A stretch of DNA of 64,000 bases from an uncultured Bacteroides sp. Its GTDB lineage: Bacteria > Bacteroidota > Bacteroidia > Bacteroidales > Muribaculaceae. Numbering within the stretch: the first letter of the stretch is position 1; each line of letters opens with the position of its first letter. Below the pieces are notes generated by a model. The model made no database searches and was not told the DNA's origin. It saw only the letters and a list, made by a program, of their open reading frames with translations. The stretch lies in assembly GCA_964447895.1 (NCBI GenBank), contig CAYUUN010000003.1:15825-79824 (forward strand). The letters are read 5' to 3'. The translations under genes and the position numbers were made by a program. This document shows positions 8,745 through 21,674 of the stretch, piece after piece.

Positions 8745-10415
8745 ATGATGACCTCAGCAAAATATTCATGCCGATACCTCGCCGCTGCGCTCGAGGCTTA
8801 CGGCGTGCGCCACGTGGTGGTTTCACCGGGTTCGCGAAATTCACCCCTGATAGTGGCCCTGGCGCGCACTCCCGGACTCGCTTGCCATGTGGTTATAGAT
8901 GAGCGCAGTGCGGGTTTCTTCGCCCTGGGCATCGCCATCGAGACGCATGAGCCGGTTGCACTCGTGTGCACGAGCGGCACGGCTCCGCTCAACTATGCCC
9001 CGGCCCTCGCCGAGGCATATTATCGCGGACTGCCGTTGATTGCCGTCACGGCCGACCGACCGGAGGAATGGATTGACCAGGACGACAGTCAGACCATCCG
9101 CCAGGCCGGGGCCCTCGGTGCGGTAGTCAAGGGCGCCTGGGACATTCCTGTGGACAGGGGCGATAAAGCCTTGATGCGACTTGGTGGCCGACGCATCTCG
9201 GATGCACTGATAGCCGCTCTGTCCGAGCCCAAAGGTCCTGTACAGATAAACGTGCAGATCGATGAGCCGCTTAACGGGATGTGCGACGATGCTTGCGATG
9301 CATTTATGTTTCCCGTGTCGGTCAGGGAATCCTCCGGGATTTCGGCTGAGAATGCCACCCGATTTGCCGAAAGGCTCAATAAGGCATCACGAGTGATGGT
9401 GCTCGCCGGGTTCATGCCACCGAACGCAGAGCTCTCGGAGTGCCTTGCCTCGCTGCCCCAGCAATTCGCCGTTCTTTGCGAGACCATGTCGAACATCTCC
9501 ACTCCTTGCGTGGCAAATATCGACGCCTCTCTGCGGGCTATGACACCGGATGAGAAAAATGCATTGCTCGAAGCGGAGATTGTCATCACCATAGGCGGGT
9601 CGCTCGTCTCCCGGATGATCAAAGCTGAATTGCGCAGCCGCAATATCGAGCACTGGAGTGTGGGGCATGTCGACCACTGTATCGACAGTCTGCTTCATCT
9701 CACCGAGCGCATCGAGTGCTCGCCGCTCGACTTTTTCAAAGCCATCGCTCCTTTGCTTCATAATAGAGATTGCAGCTATAAGTCTATCTGGCAGGATGTT
9801 TCAGAGAGAGCATTAAAGCGCTCCTTTAACTACCTCGCCGTGGCTCCCTGGAGCGATTATAAGGCTATGGGGCACCTCCTGCAGAATGTTCCTTCCCACT
9901 ATGAGCTCCACCTGAGCAACGGCACCGCAGTGCGCTACGCCCAGCTCTTCGCCCCTCTGCACCTGCCGCGCGTGGAATGCAACCGCGGTGTGAGCGGCAT
10001 CGACGGCTGCACATCGACGGCCATCGGCTCGGCTGCAGTCTCCGGCCGCCCCACTCTGCTCATTTCCGGCGACATGTGCGCGCAGTACGACATGGGTGCG
10101 CTGGCATGTACCGAAATACCCTCGTCGTTCCGCATGGCCGTTTTAAATAACGGCGGCGGTGGTATCTTCCGTTTTATCAAGGCTACGCGCGACTTGCCCG
10201 AGGCCGAGCGCTTCCTGGCAGCCGATGTGCGCCTGCCCCTGCGTCAATTGGCGGAGGGTTTCGGTTTCGACTATTTCGAGGCAGATTCGCCCGATACACT
10301 GGCTGCCGGGCTGCCGCGATTCTTTGCCGAAGGCAGTCGCCCGGCCATCCTGAATATTATCACTCCGGCTGCCGAGAGCGCCGAAACTTTCCGTAAATAT
10401 TTTTCAAAAGCATGA
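8745..10415 (+). CDS. menD: SEPHCHC synthase (2-succinyl-5-enolpyruvyl-6-hydroxy-3-cyclohexene-1-carboxylate synthase)
   Basis: 556-aa ThDP enzyme with [11 protein letters not shown] and [11 protein letters not shown]-terminal motifs and a C-terminal GDMC...LNNGGGGIF ThDP-binding motif. It leads the menDBCE cluster. Confidence 0.9.
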   Translation: MMTSAKYSCRYLAAALEAYGVRHVVVSPGSRNSPLIVALARTPGLACHVVIDERSAGFFALGIAIETHEPVALVCTSGTAPLNYAPALAEAYYRGLPLIAVTADRPEEWIDQDDSQTIRQAGALGAVVKGAWDIPVDRGDKALMRLGGRRISDALIAALSEPKGPVQINVQIDEPLNGMCDDACDAFMFPVSVRESSGISAENATRFAERLNKASRVMVLAGFMPPNAELSECLASLPQQFAVLCETMSNISTPCVANIDASLRAMTPDEKNALLEAEIVITIGGSLVSRMIKAELRSRNIEHWSVGHVDHCIDSLLHLTERIECSPLDFFKAIAPLLHNRDCSYKSIWQDVSERALKRSFNYLAVAPWSDYKAMGHLLQNVPSHYELHLSNGTAVRYAQLFAPLHLPRVECNRGVSGIDGCTSTAIGSAAVSGRPTLLISGDMCAQYDMGALACTEIPSSFRMAVLNNGGGGIFRFIKATRDLPEAERFLAADVRLPLRQLAEGFGFDYFEADSPDTLAAGLPRFFAEGSRPAILNIITPAAESAETFRKYFSKA

Positions 10416-11230
10416 GAAACTGGACCAAAATCAAGGATTTCTCCGATATTCTGTTTGACTTCTACAACGGCATAGCCCGCATCACTATCAACCGACCGGA
10501 AGTGTACAACGCCTTCCGCCCGCAGACCAACGCCCAGATGCTCGAAGCGATGGACTATTGCCGCCGAACACCCGAAGTGAGGGTTGTGGTGCTTACCGGC
10601 GCCGGCGACAAGGCTTTCTGCAGCGGTGGCGACCAGAACTACAAGAGCCGCGGCGGCTACCGCGACTCCGACGGTACACCACGCCTGAACGTGCTGGAAC
10701 TGCACAAGGCCATCCGCAGCATTCCCAAACCGGTGATAGCAATGGTTAACGGCTACAGCATAGGAGGCGGAAACGTGCTCAATGTGGTGTGCGACCTTTC
10801 GATTGCGTCGACCAACGCGCGATTCGGCCAGACCGGTCCCAAAGTGGGCAGTTTCGACGCCGGTTTCGGTTCGTCGTATCTGGCACGCTGCGTGGGCCAG
10901 AAAAAAGCTCGCGAAATTTGGTACCTGTGTCGCCAATACACAGCGCAGGAGGCGCTCGCCATGGGTATGATAAACGCAGTGGTAGAGCCGGAGCGCCTTG
11001 AGGATGAGGTGGTGGAATGGTGCGAAACCATAATGAAGCGCAGCCCCTTCGCTATTCGCATGATCAAACGCGCCCTCAATGCCGAACTCGACGGTCAGGC
11101 CGGCCTGATGGAGTTTGCCGGCGACGCCACCCTCATGTACTATCTCATGGATGAGGCCCAGGAAGGGAAGAATGCTTTCCTTGAGAAACGCGATCCCGAT
11201 TTCGATAAGTTCCCTCAGTTCCCGGGTTGA
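10412..11230 (+). CDS. menB: 1,4-dihydroxy-2-naphthoyl-CoA synthase
   Basis: 272-aa crotonase fold with a near-canonical MenB sequence ([45 protein letters not shown]). ATGA overlap with menD. Confidence 0.95.
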   Translation: MRNWTKIKDFSDILFDFYNGIARITINRPEVYNAFRPQTNAQMLEAMDYCRRTPEVRVVVLTGAGDKAFCSGGDQNYKSRGGYRDSDGTPRLNVLELHKAIRSIPKPVIAMVNGYSIGGGNVLNVVCDLSIASTNARFGQTGPKVGSFDAGFGSSYLARCVGQKKAREIWYLCRQYTAQEALAMGMINAVVEPERLEDEVVEWCETIMKRSPFAIRMIKRALNAELDGQAGLMEFAGDATLMYYLMDEAQEGKNAFLEKRDPDFDKFPQFPG

Positions 11231-12255
11231 TGGACGAACCGACGCTGGAGTGGGCTCCGCTGCGACTTCAATTCAAGTTTGAGGCCCGCACCTCGCGCGA
11301 AACGATGCGGGTCAAGGACACATATATAGTGAGGGCACGACGCGGCGAATCCGTGGCCTACGGCGAGTGCGCCCTGTTCCGCGGTCTCAGCGCCGACGAC
11401 GTCCCCGACTATGAACGTGTCCTGAGCGATTACTGCCGTACGTCGGGCGCTATCGCCACGTGCCAGTACAGCTCGATTCGTTTCGGGATAGAGACTGCAC
11501 TTCTGAATCTAGACAACCCCGGAGCGGGCACATGGGAAAAGGCTACGGATGGCGTGCCCATCAACGGCCTGATATGGATGGGCGATAAAGCCACCATGGC
11601 GTCACGTATAAAGGATAAGCTCGATGAAGGTTTCAAGGTGCTTAAGCTGAAAATAGGCGGCATCAATTTCGATGACGAGCTGGACCTTCTGCGATACATC
11701 CGTAAAAACTTCTCGTGCAGCGACCTCGAAATCAGGCTTGATGCCAATGGTTCGTTCACACCCTCCAATGCCCTTGAGCGCCTCGGCGAGCTTTCGGCGT
11801 TTTCCATCCACTCGATAGAGCAGCCTGTCAAAGCCGGACAAACTGAAGTGATGAGCAAGATTTGCAAGTTGTCGCCCATCCCCGTAGCGCTCGACGAGGA
11901 GCTTATAGGCACCACCTCCAGGCGCTTCAAAGACAATCTGCTTGAAGATGTGAAGCCTCATTATATCATCCTCAAACCGGCTTTGTGCGGCGGCCTGAGC
12001 GGCGCCGCCGAATGGGCTGACGCCGCCGACTCGGCCGGTGTCCCTTTCTGGTTCACTTCGGCGCTCGAAACCAACATCGGGCTCGACGCAATCGCGCGCT
12101 GTGCCATCGAGCGAGGGGTGATTATGCCTCAGGGACTCGGAACCGGTGAATTATACTATAATAATATAGCGTCGCCCATCGTTCGCCGCGGGCCACGGCT
12201 TTTTTATGATTCTGATGCAAAATGGAGCGTTCCCGAGCTGAACTGGACTATTTGA
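11230..12255 (+). CDS. menC: o-Succinylbenzoate synthase (enolase superfamily)
   Basis: KLKIG, RLDANGSF and ALDEEL metal-ligand pattern, plus its position in the men operon. ATG 11230 overlaps the menB TGA by 1 nt (TGATG). Confidence 0.8.
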   Translation: MDEPTLEWAPLRLQFKFEARTSRETMRVKDTYIVRARRGESVAYGECALFRGLSADDVPDYERVLSDYCRTSGAIATCQYSSIRFGIETALLNLDNPGAGTWEKATDGVPINGLIWMGDKATMASRIKDKLDEGFKVLKLKIGGINFDDELDLLRYIRKNFSCSDLEIRLDANGSFTPSNALERLGELSAFSIHSIEQPVKAGQTEVMSKICKLSPIPVALDEELIGTTSRRFKDNLLEDVKPHYIILKPALCGGLSGAAEWADAADSAGVPFWFTSALETNIGLDAIARCAIERGVIMPQGLGTGELYYNNIASPIVRRGPRLFYDSDAKWSVPELNWTI

Positions 12256-13193
12256 ATTTTGTCGACGAGTGGCAATCCCCGTTGCCGTACATCCTTTCCA
12301 GGACATCCGGAAGCACGGGGACGCCGAAAGAAATCCGGTTGCTCAAAAGCGACATGTGGCGATCAGCTCAAACGGCCGTCGAACAATTCGGGCTCACGGC
12401 CGGCAGCACGATTGCATCAGCCCTTCCCGTAACAAGTATAGCCACAAAGATGGCTATTGTGCGCCATCTGGCAGCCGGATGTCGCTACGTGCCGTTGCCT
12501 GCGAGCAACGTCTTTGACATCCCGTGCCATATCGATCTTTTATCCATAGGCCCGTCTCAGACCGAGCTTTTTTTGCAGAATCCCGGTCTGCGTCACCATG
12601 TCGACACCCTTTTTGTGGGCGGCGCGCCGCTCTCGCAGGAACGCATGGAGACACTCCTCAGTCTCGGCTATAATGTTTGTGTGAGTTACGGAATGACCGA
12701 AACATGCAGCAATGTGGCCCTGTGCCGCTCCTCGGATGGCATATTTGAAGCTAACCCCGGCATAAGTTTTGAGGCAGACCCGCGCGGCTGCCTGGTGATC
12801 GTGGCGCCGGATTATTCATTTTCGGGCACCGTGACCAACGATGTTGTGGATCTTCTCGACGAGCGCCATTTCAGGTGGGTGGGCCGCTATGACAATGTGA
12901 TTAACAGCGGCGGCCTGAAACTATACCCGGAAAAGATTGAGCCACTATTGGCCGATGTTATCGGCCGCCCGTTCTATATTGTCGGGCGGCCGCATCCGCT
13001 GTGGGGAGAAGCCTTGGCCGCTGTGGTGGAAGGTTACGAAGGCGATGCTGCCGCTATTGTCGCTGCCCTCCGCGGTTTTTCCGACGGCGTTCACCGGCCC
13101 AAATCAGTAGCTGTTGTAGCTGAGTTTGAACGCACCTCTACCGGAAAAATCAAAAGGATTCTCCCGCAGGATGCAATATTCCACGAAGTGTAA
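12222..13193 (+). CDS. menE: o-Succinylbenzoate-CoA ligase, short-form AMP-binding enzyme
   Basis: AMP-binding signature SRTSGSTGTPKEI, then YGMTE, GRYDNVINSGGLKLYPEKIE and C-terminal TSTGKIKR. It follows menC. Only 323 aa, and the P-loop signature starts at about residue 27. Confidence 0.7.
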   Translation: MERSRAELDYLNFVDEWQSPLPYILSRTSGSTGTPKEIRLLKSDMWRSAQTAVEQFGLTAGSTIASALPVTSIATKMAIVRHLAAGCRYVPLPASNVFDIPCHIDLLSIGPSQTELFLQNPGLRHHVDTLFVGGAPLSQERMETLLSLGYNVCVSYGMTETCSNVALCRSSDGIFEANPGISFEADPRGCLVIVAPDYSFSGTVTNDVVDLLDERHFRWVGRYDNVINSGGLKLYPEKIEPLLADVIGRPFYIVGRPHPLWGEALAAVVEGYEGDAAAIVAALRGFSDGVHRPKSVAVVAEFERTSTGKIKRILPQDAIFHEV

Positions 13194-13206
13194 AATGCGC
13201 CCCACC

Positions 13207-13229
13207 CCGCATAAACAGCGGCTTTTTTT
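13207..13229 (+). terminator. Weak candidate intrinsic terminator after menE
   Basis: CCGC-ataaaca-GCGG (only a 4-bp stem) followed by C and T7. Confidence 0.3.
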
Positions 13230-13245
13230 GAAAACTTTTGGCTGT

Positions 13246-13253
13246 TAATTTTG
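13246..13253 (+). promoter_or_regulatory. Upstream TAATTTTG box; its TTTG could serve as the -33 element of the rho promoter
   Basis: TAATTTTG. Its terminal G lies 19 nt before the second box at 13273. Confidence 0.35.
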
Positions 13254-13272
13254 TTAATTAAGAAAAGTGTTG

Positions 13273-13280
13273 TAATTTTG
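13273..13280 (+). promoter_or_regulatory. -7 promoter box for rho
   Basis: TAATTTTG, with a TTTG 19 nt upstream. It predicts a leader of about 125 nt. Confidence 0.5.
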
Positions 13281-13409
13281 CAACCACAAATATGCGCCTT
13301 AAGCATCTTTGTACGTAAATCCCCTCATTATTTTTTGAATATCCGGTTGTAATACGACCCCCGAGGCTACAGTACATTCACAGCCTCCCTCCCCCAAGTA
13401 TCACAATTT
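13281..13409 (+). promoter_or_regulatory. Predicted rho 5' leader with C-rich, G-poor tracts
   Basis: C-rich runs (cccctc, cgaccccc, cagcctccctccccc). A 6-bp hairpin GAGGCT(13363-13368)/AGCCTC(13382-13387). An 8-codon mini-ORF at 13292-13318. Confidence 0.35.
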
Positions 13410-15329
13410 ATGTATAACATTTCTGAATTGAACGAAATGGGCGACGACCAGCTGCGTGGCGTTGCCGAGTCGATGGGTCTTAAAAAAATAGATCCTTCTC
13501 AAAAACAAGATCTTATATACCGTATTCTCGACCAGCAGGCCGTAGATCGCGCTTCTGCGGGCGCCGACCGCCGTCGCGACAGCGATGACAACGACGCAGC
13601 CGCTGAAACTAAAAAGCGTGGCCGCCGTCCTAAAAAGGAAGAAACCGCGGCCGAAAAGCGCTCGCCCAAGAAAAATACCAAGGCCGAAAAGCCTGCCAAG
13701 GAGACTGTTGCCGAAGAAAAAGCTCAGGAGACGAATTCCGCTCCGGCTCCCTCCGGCGCGGAGCCCGTTGCCGAAGCTCCCAAAAAGCGCCGTGGCCGTC
13801 CTTCCAAAAAGGAACTTGAAGAGCGCAAGAAGGCTCAGAACGCTGAAAACGCCCCGACTGAGGAACCAAAGCCCGAAGCGGTTTCGGAAGTGCCGGCTGA
13901 AGCAGCCGAGCCCGTGGCCGCTGCTCCCGTGCAGCCAGTTGAAGCCGAATCTGCCGCGCCCGAGCAACAGCGCACGCGCGATTTCCGCCCCTCGGGGTCT
14001 GCCGATTCTTCATTCGGCTCGTTTTTCCCGCGCGGCGAAGGCCGCAAGTTTGTTCCCCGCTCGGCCAAGGAGCGTGAGGAAGCAGAACGCGTTGTGGCTC
14101 AAGCTCCCATCACGATAGCCGAACCCGGTCAGCCCCTACCCAATCAGCAGCAGGGAAAGAAGAACAAGAACCGCAAGGATCGCCAGCAGGTGCAGGATCG
14201 CCGTTTCGATTTCTCGGGCCTCCTTGAGGCCGCAGGCGTACTGGAGATAGAACCCCAGGGCCATGGTTTCCTGCGTTCGAGCGACTTCAACTACATGCCC
14301 AGCCCCGACGATATCTACGTGTCGCAGGCCCAGATCAAGCAGAACGGACTGAAGACTGGCGACGTGGTGGAGGCCGCCGTGCGTCCCCCTCGCGAAAACG
14401 ACAAGTATTTCATACTCACGGATGTGATTCGTGTGAACGGTCGTTCGCTCGACTTCATCCGCGACCGTGTGCCCTTCGAGCACCTCACGCCGCTGTTCCC
14501 GGACGAGAAGTTCAACCTCACGGGAGGCAACAGCAGCAACCTCTCCACACGCGTCGTTGACATGTTCTCGCCCATCGGCAAAGGTCAGCGCGGCCTCATC
14601 GTGGCACCGCCCAAGACGGGTAAGACGCTACTCCTTAAGGACGTGGCAAACGCGATAGCCGAAAACCATCCGGAGACCTACATCATAATCCTGCTCATCG
14701 ACGAGCGTCCGGAGGAGGTGACCGACATGCAGCGCAGCGTAAATGCCGAGGTTATCGCCAGTACTTTCGACGAGCCCGCCGACCGCCACGTGCGCATCGC
14801 CGGCATTGTTCTCGAGAAGGCCAAGCGCATGGTAGAGTGCGGCCACGATGTTGTGATTCTGCTCGACTCCATTACCCGTCTGGCACGCGCCTACAACACC
14901 TGCGCTCCCGCCTCGGGCAAGATTCTGAGCGGCGGCGTGGACGCCAATGCCCTCCAGAAACCGAAGCGTTTCTTCGGCGCCGCCCGTAACATCGAAGGCG
15001 GTGGCTCGCTCACGATTATCGCCACCGCCCTCACCGAAACATCGTCGAAGATGGACGAGGTGATTTTCGAAGAGTTCAAGGGCACGGGCAACATGGAGCT
15101 CCAGCTCGACCGCAAGCTGTCCAACAAGCGCATCTTCCCCGCCGTCGACATCATGGCGTCCAGCACCCGCCGCGACGACCTGCTGCTGCGCCCCGAAACC
15201 CTCAACCGCATGTGGATTCTCCGCCGCTTCCTGGGCGACCGCAACAGCGTGGAGGCTATGGAATTCATGAAAGACCGCATGGAGCGCACCCGCGACAACG
15301 ACGAACTGCTCCGCACTATGGGCGACTAA
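13410..15329 (+). CDS. rho: Transcription termination factor Rho with a long disordered N-terminal insertion
   Basis: Rho_N start [24 protein letters not shown]. About 218 aa of K/E/A/P-rich insert (aa ~46-263). CSD-like RNA-binding domain ([14 protein letters not shown]). ATPase core with Walker A APPKTGKT and the C-terminal motif [13 protein letters not shown]. Confidence 0.95.
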   Translation: MYNISELNEMGDDQLRGVAESMGLKKIDPSQKQDLIYRILDQQAVDRASAGADRRRDSDDNDAAAETKKRGRRPKKEETAAEKRSPKKNTKAEKPAKETVAEEKAQETNSAPAPSGAEPVAEAPKKRRGRPSKKELEERKKAQNAENAPTEEPKPEAVSEVPAEAAEPVAAAPVQPVEAESAAPEQQRTRDFRPSGSADSSFGSFFPRGEGRKFVPRSAKEREEAERVVAQAPITIAEPGQPLPNQQQGKKNKNRKDRQQVQDRRFDFSGLLEAAGVLEIEPQGHGFLRSSDFNYMPSPDDIYVSQAQIKQNGLKTGDVVEAAVRPPRENDKYFILTDVIRVNGRSLDFIRDRVPFEHLTPLFPDEKFNLTGGNSSNLSTRVVDMFSPIGKGQRGLIVAPPKTGKTLLLKDVANAIAENHPETYIIILLIDERPEEVTDMQRSVNAEVIASTFDEPADRHVRIAGIVLEKAKRMVECGHDVVILLDSITRLARAYNTCAPASGKILSGGVDANALQKPKRFFGAARNIEGGGSLTIIATALTETSSKMDEVIFEEFKGTGNMELQLDRKLSNKRIFPAVDIMASSTRRDDLLLRPETLNRMWILRRFLGDRNSVEAMEFMKDRMERTRDNDELLRTMGD

Positions 15330-15354
15330 GAGCCTGTCACATAATATCACGCGG

Positions 15355-15386
15355 CGCCGGGCAATTTTTTGCCCGGCGTTTCGTTT
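15355..15386 (+). terminator. Intrinsic terminator after rho
   Basis: 10-bp perfect stem CGCCGGGCAA / TTGCCCGGCG with a TTTT loop, followed by TTTCGTTT. Confidence 0.7.
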
Positions 15387-15395
15387 ATATAGGTG

Positions 15396-17804
15396 ATGAA
15401 AAAGAAACTGCTACTTCTCATTACCATAATATCGCTTGCATCGCAGGCGCTTTCGGCCGCAATCAAGCTGCATGGCAAGATCACGGACGAAAACAACGAA
15501 CCGCTGGAATTTGTGTCTATCCGCGTGAAGGGTACGGCGCTCGGGGCCACCTCGGGCCTCGACGGCACGTTTCAGTTTTCAGTGGCCGACTGCGACACTC
15601 TGCGGCTGGTCTTCACCTGCATAGGTTATCAGGAGGCCAACCGCCGCTTTATAAATCCCAAGGGCGAACTTGCCGTAAACGTCAAGATGGAACCGGCTTC
15701 TTATGCTCTCAACGGTATTGAAGTCACTGACTATCGCAAGCAGACCGATGCCCTGCAGCGTATTGATGCGGATTCCTATAAGCTCGCACCCGACGTGACC
15801 GGCGGCTCGGTGGAAGGCCTCATCTCGACTATGGCCGGAGTGAACAGCGGCAACGAAATGTCGTCGCAGTACAGTGTGCGCGGCGGCTCTTACGACGAAA
15901 ACAGCGTATATATTAATGGTATAGAGGTATATCGCCCCCAGCTTATCAGCTCGGGCCAGCAGGAAGGCCTCAGCATCATCAATCCGGATATGGTTGGGGC
16001 CATTGGTTTCTCCACCGGCGGCTTTGGGGCGCAGTACGGCGACCGTATGTCGAGCGTGCTTGACATCACCTATCGGCAGCCTGAGAGTTTTGAAGGCACC
16101 GCCGATGCCAGCCTCATGGGCGGAAGTCTTTCGATAGGCAGCGCCAGCGGGCGCTTCACACAGCTGCACGGTGTGCGGTACAAGAGCAACGCCTCGTTGC
16201 TCAGTTCGATGGACGACAAGGGAGAATACGACCCCAAATTCTTCGACTATCAGACCTACATGACCCTGCGCGCGGCTAAGGCATGGAGTGTGAGCCTGCT
16301 CGGCAATATTTCCATCAACAACTATAAATTCACGCCCCGCGACCGCACGACGTCCTTCGGCACCAGTACGGATGCAAAGCAGTTCAAGGTCTACTTCGAC
16401 GGTTCGGAGAAAGACCGCTTTGAAACCTTCTTCGGCGCCGCCACCATCAGCTACTCGCCCAACAAGCTCAATACATTCGACCTGTTGCTGTCCGGCTTCA
16501 TGAGCAACGAGCTCGTGACCTACGACATCAGCGGTGAGTACTGGCTCGACCAGGCCGGCACATCGGGTGGCGATGCCGTGGGTGGCGAACTCGGAGTGGG
16601 AAAATATCGCGAACACGCGCGCAACCGTCTTAAGGCAAGCGTATTGAGCGCCACACTCCGTGCGGCATCGCAGTGGCGCAAGCACAATTTAGCCTATGGT
16701 ATCGGTGTGAATCTGGAGCGTATTCACGACCGCACGCGGGAATGGGAGCTGCGCGACAGCGCGGGATTCTCTCTGCCGGCCACACCGGACGCCCTGAGGG
16801 TGATTTACAACCTCGACTCCCGCAACGACCTATCGTCGGCCCGAATGTCGGCCTATGTTCAGGACAGCTACCGCCTTTCCACTTCGGCAGGATATATCAA
16901 TCTGAACGGCGGCGTGCGACTGAGCTACTGGAACTACAACCGCGAGTTTCTCGTGAGTCCGCGCCTGAGCGTGGGCTTCGTGCCGGACGCTGCCCCCCGC
17001 TGGGCGTTCCGCTTTGCCACGGGCCTTTACTATCAGTCGCCATTCTTCAAGGAGTTTCGAATGCCGGTGTCCGATGCCGATGGCAACACTGTAGTGCTTC
17101 TCAACTCCGACATCAAGTCGCAGCGCTCCTTCCAGCTCATAGGTGGCGCGGATTTCACGTTCCGTGCGTTCAACCGTCCCTTCAAGTTTTCGGCCGAAGC
17201 CTATTACAAGAACCTGGGCAACCTTATACCCTATGAGATAGACAATCTTAAGGTCGTATACGCCGGCCGGAACCTCACCAATGGTTTTGCCGCTGGCCTT
17301 GATATGAAACTTTTCGGACAGTTCGTGCCCGGTTCGGATTCATGGATAAGTCTTTCGGTGATGAAGACGCAGGAGACACTGAACGGCGTGAAAGTGCCCC
17401 GCCCCACCGACCGGCGCTACAGCATGGCCGTCTTCTTCACGGATTATTTCCCGAAGTTTCCGAAATTGAAATTCAGTTTGCGTGGCATCCTCAACGACGG
17501 TCTGCCCATGACGGCCCCGCGCGGCAGCCGCGACAAAGGCTATTTCCGTGCGCCGGCCTATAAGCGTATCGATGTGGGCCTGAACTACGCCCTGCTCTCC
17601 CCGCGCGCCGATGGCGAACCGCGCCGCAGCGGATTTCTCGGCTCGCTGAAAAGCGTGTGGCTGGGGGTGGATGTTTTCAATCTTCTCGACATCAGCAACG
17701 TCAGCTCCTACTACTGGGTGACCGACGTAAACGACATACAGTATGCCGTGCCCAACTATCTCACCCGTCGCCAGTTCAACGTGCGCCTGAGTGTCGATTT
17801 TTAA
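15396..17804 (+). CDS. TonB-dependent receptor with an N-terminal carboxypeptidase-regulatory-like domain
   Basis: Signal peptide MKKKLLLLITIISLASQALSA. CarboxypepD_reg-like KLHGKITDENNEPLEFVSIRVKG. Plug motif VRGGSYDENSVYINGIEVY. Beta-barrel ending in ...NVRLSVDF. No adjacent SusD gene. Confidence 0.85.
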   Translation: MKKKLLLLITIISLASQALSAAIKLHGKITDENNEPLEFVSIRVKGTALGATSGLDGTFQFSVADCDTLRLVFTCIGYQEANRRFINPKGELAVNVKMEPASYALNGIEVTDYRKQTDALQRIDADSYKLAPDVTGGSVEGLISTMAGVNSGNEMSSQYSVRGGSYDENSVYINGIEVYRPQLISSGQQEGLSIINPDMVGAIGFSTGGFGAQYGDRMSSVLDITYRQPESFEGTADASLMGGSLSIGSASGRFTQLHGVRYKSNASLLSSMDDKGEYDPKFFDYQTYMTLRAAKAWSVSLLGNISINNYKFTPRDRTTSFGTSTDAKQFKVYFDGSEKDRFETFFGAATISYSPNKLNTFDLLLSGFMSNELVTYDISGEYWLDQAGTSGGDAVGGELGVGKYREHARNRLKASVLSATLRAASQWRKHNLAYGIGVNLERIHDRTREWELRDSAGFSLPATPDALRVIYNLDSRNDLSSARMSAYVQDSYRLSTSAGYINLNGGVRLSYWNYNREFLVSPRLSVGFVPDAAPRWAFRFATGLYYQSPFFKEFRMPVSDADGNTVVLLNSDIKSQRSFQLIGGADFTFRAFNRPFKFSAEAYYKNLGNLIPYEIDNLKVVYAGRNLTNGFAAGLDMKLFGQFVPGSDSWISLSVMKTQETLNGVKVPRPTDRRYSMAVFFTDYFPKFPKLKFSLRGILNDGLPMTAPRGSRDKGYFRAPAYKRIDVGLNYALLSPRADGEPRRSGFLGSLKSVWLGVDVFNLLDISNVSSYYWVTDVNDIQYAVPNYLTRRQFNVRLSVDF

Positions 17805-17887
17805 GGCTTTAGTGACAAAAGTGTTACAATACACCATCTAAAGTGTTGATTTTTCGCCAAGAATGGGCTTGTTTCCTAAAAAAATAG

Positions 17888-17895
17888 TATATTTG
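17888..17895 (+). promoter_or_regulatory. -7 promoter box for the Crp/Fnr-aspartokinase-ABC-F-Dabb gene string
   Basis: TATATTTG, 32 nt upstream of ATG 17928. Confidence 0.5.
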
Positions 17896-17927
17896 CATGT
17901 TATATAACATAGCAATACAACACACGC

Positions 17928-18626
17928 ATGATAAAAGCTGCCCTCGAAAAGGTAATTAATGAGGATATGGCCGAAATTTGGACACGCCTCAATAGCGACG
18001 AACGTCGCCAGGTTGTGGAAAATATGGAGGTACATACTTTTAAGAAAAATCAGCTGATTTATGCCGAAGGCGACGAGCCCGAATTTCTCTGGGTGCTCCT
18101 CAAAGGCAAGGTAAAGAAGACAAAGGAAGGTGTGGGCGGCCGTGTGCAGATTTTGCGACTCATCCGCCCCGTTCAGTATTTCGGCTATCGCGCCTATTTT
18201 GCTCAGGAATCCTACGTGAGCAGCGCGTCGGCGTTCGAGCCCTCGATGCTCGGAGCCGTGCCTCTGACTCTTGTTCGCGACCTCATCAGCAACAACAACG
18301 ACCTGGCCTGGTTCTTTATCCAGGAGCTGTCCAAGAACCTGGGCGGTTCCGACACCCGCATCGTCAACCTCACGCAGAAGCACATCCGCGGTCGTCTGGC
18401 CGAGGCTCTGATAGTGCTCCTCGACAACTACGGCTACGAAGAAGACGGCTCTACCCTCAAGATATATATGGCGCGCGAAGACCTCGCCAATCTCTCCAAC
18501 ATGACCACCAGCAATGCCATCCGCACGCTGTCGACTTTCGTGGCCGAGCGCCTTGTTGTGGTAGACGGCCGCAGAATCAAGATTATCAACGAACCCATGC
18601 TGCGCAAGATCAGCAAATACGGATAA
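17928..18626 (+). CDS. Crp/Fnr family transcriptional regulator
   Basis: 232 aa. cNMP-binding-like beta-roll (EGDEPEFLWVLLKGKVK) and a C-terminal HTH (REDLANLSNMTTSNAIRTLSTF). No Fnr-type Cys cluster. Confidence 0.85.
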   Translation: MIKAALEKVINEDMAEIWTRLNSDERRQVVENMEVHTFKKNQLIYAEGDEPEFLWVLLKGKVKKTKEGVGGRVQILRLIRPVQYFGYRAYFAQESYVSSASAFEPSMLGAVPLTLVRDLISNNNDLAWFFIQELSKNLGGSDTRIVNLTQKHIRGRLAEALIVLLDNYGYEEDGSTLKIYMAREDLANLSNMTTSNAIRTLSTFVAERLVVVDGRRIKIINEPMLRKISKYG

Positions 18627-18647
18627 TCCTTTTTCGACGGTTAAAAA

Positions 18648-21300
<2,653 letters not shown>

Positions 21301-21317
21301 CCACAAATCACGATATT

Positions 21318-21611
21318 ATGGTAAAACATATAGTAATGTTCCGCCTCAAGGGCACTCCCGAAGAGCGCCTGCGCGTAGCCACGGCCTTCAAGGAGGCGCT
21401 CGAGGCTCTCCCGGCTCAGATTGAAGTGCTCCGCTCCATAGAAGTGGGCCTCAACCAGAACCCCGCCGAAGACTGGGACGTGGTGCTCACAGCCGTTGTT
21501 CCCACGATGGCCGACGTGGCTGTCTACGCCAAGCATCCCGCCCACGTAGCTGCCGCAGCCCTGCTCGGCGCCAACAAGGAAATGCGCGGCTGCGTCGACT
21601 ACGAATTCTGA
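21318..21611 (+). CDS. Dabb (stress-responsive alpha/beta barrel) family protein
   Basis: 97 aa. MVKHIVMFRLK start and a ...CVDYEF end are typical of Dabb domain proteins. Confidence 0.8.
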   Translation: MVKHIVMFRLKGTPEERLRVATAFKEALEALPAQIEVLRSIEVGLNQNPAEDWDVVLTAVVPTMADVAVYAKHPAHVAAAALLGANKEMRGCVDYEF

Positions 21612-21627
21612 CACGGCAATAAGCAAT

Positions 21628-21658
21628 AAAAAAGGAGACCCGCGGGTCTCCTTTTTTA
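21628..21658. terminator. Bidirectional intrinsic terminator between convergent Dabb and fumarase genes
   Basis: A6-GGAGACC-cgcg-GGTCTCC-T6. The stem is flanked by an A-run and a T-run, so it can terminate both strands. Confidence 0.8.
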
Positions 21659-21674
21659 TTGCAATATCTTTTCC

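Noticed and set aside
13401-14118. Several overlapping ORFs in alternative frames and on the opposite strand within the rho insert region.
   Set aside because: The repetitive, purine-rich low-complexity coding sequence keeps several frames open. The frame continuous with the Rho_N and ATPase domains is the real one.
15393-15395. A GTG start for the TonB-dependent receptor, as given in the ORF track.
   Set aside because: The adjacent ATG at 15396 gives the typical MKKKLLLL signal peptide. The difference is one codon.
18627-18647. A lysine riboswitch or attenuator ahead of the aspartokinase gene.
   Set aside because: The intergenic gap is only 21 nt, which cannot hold such an element.
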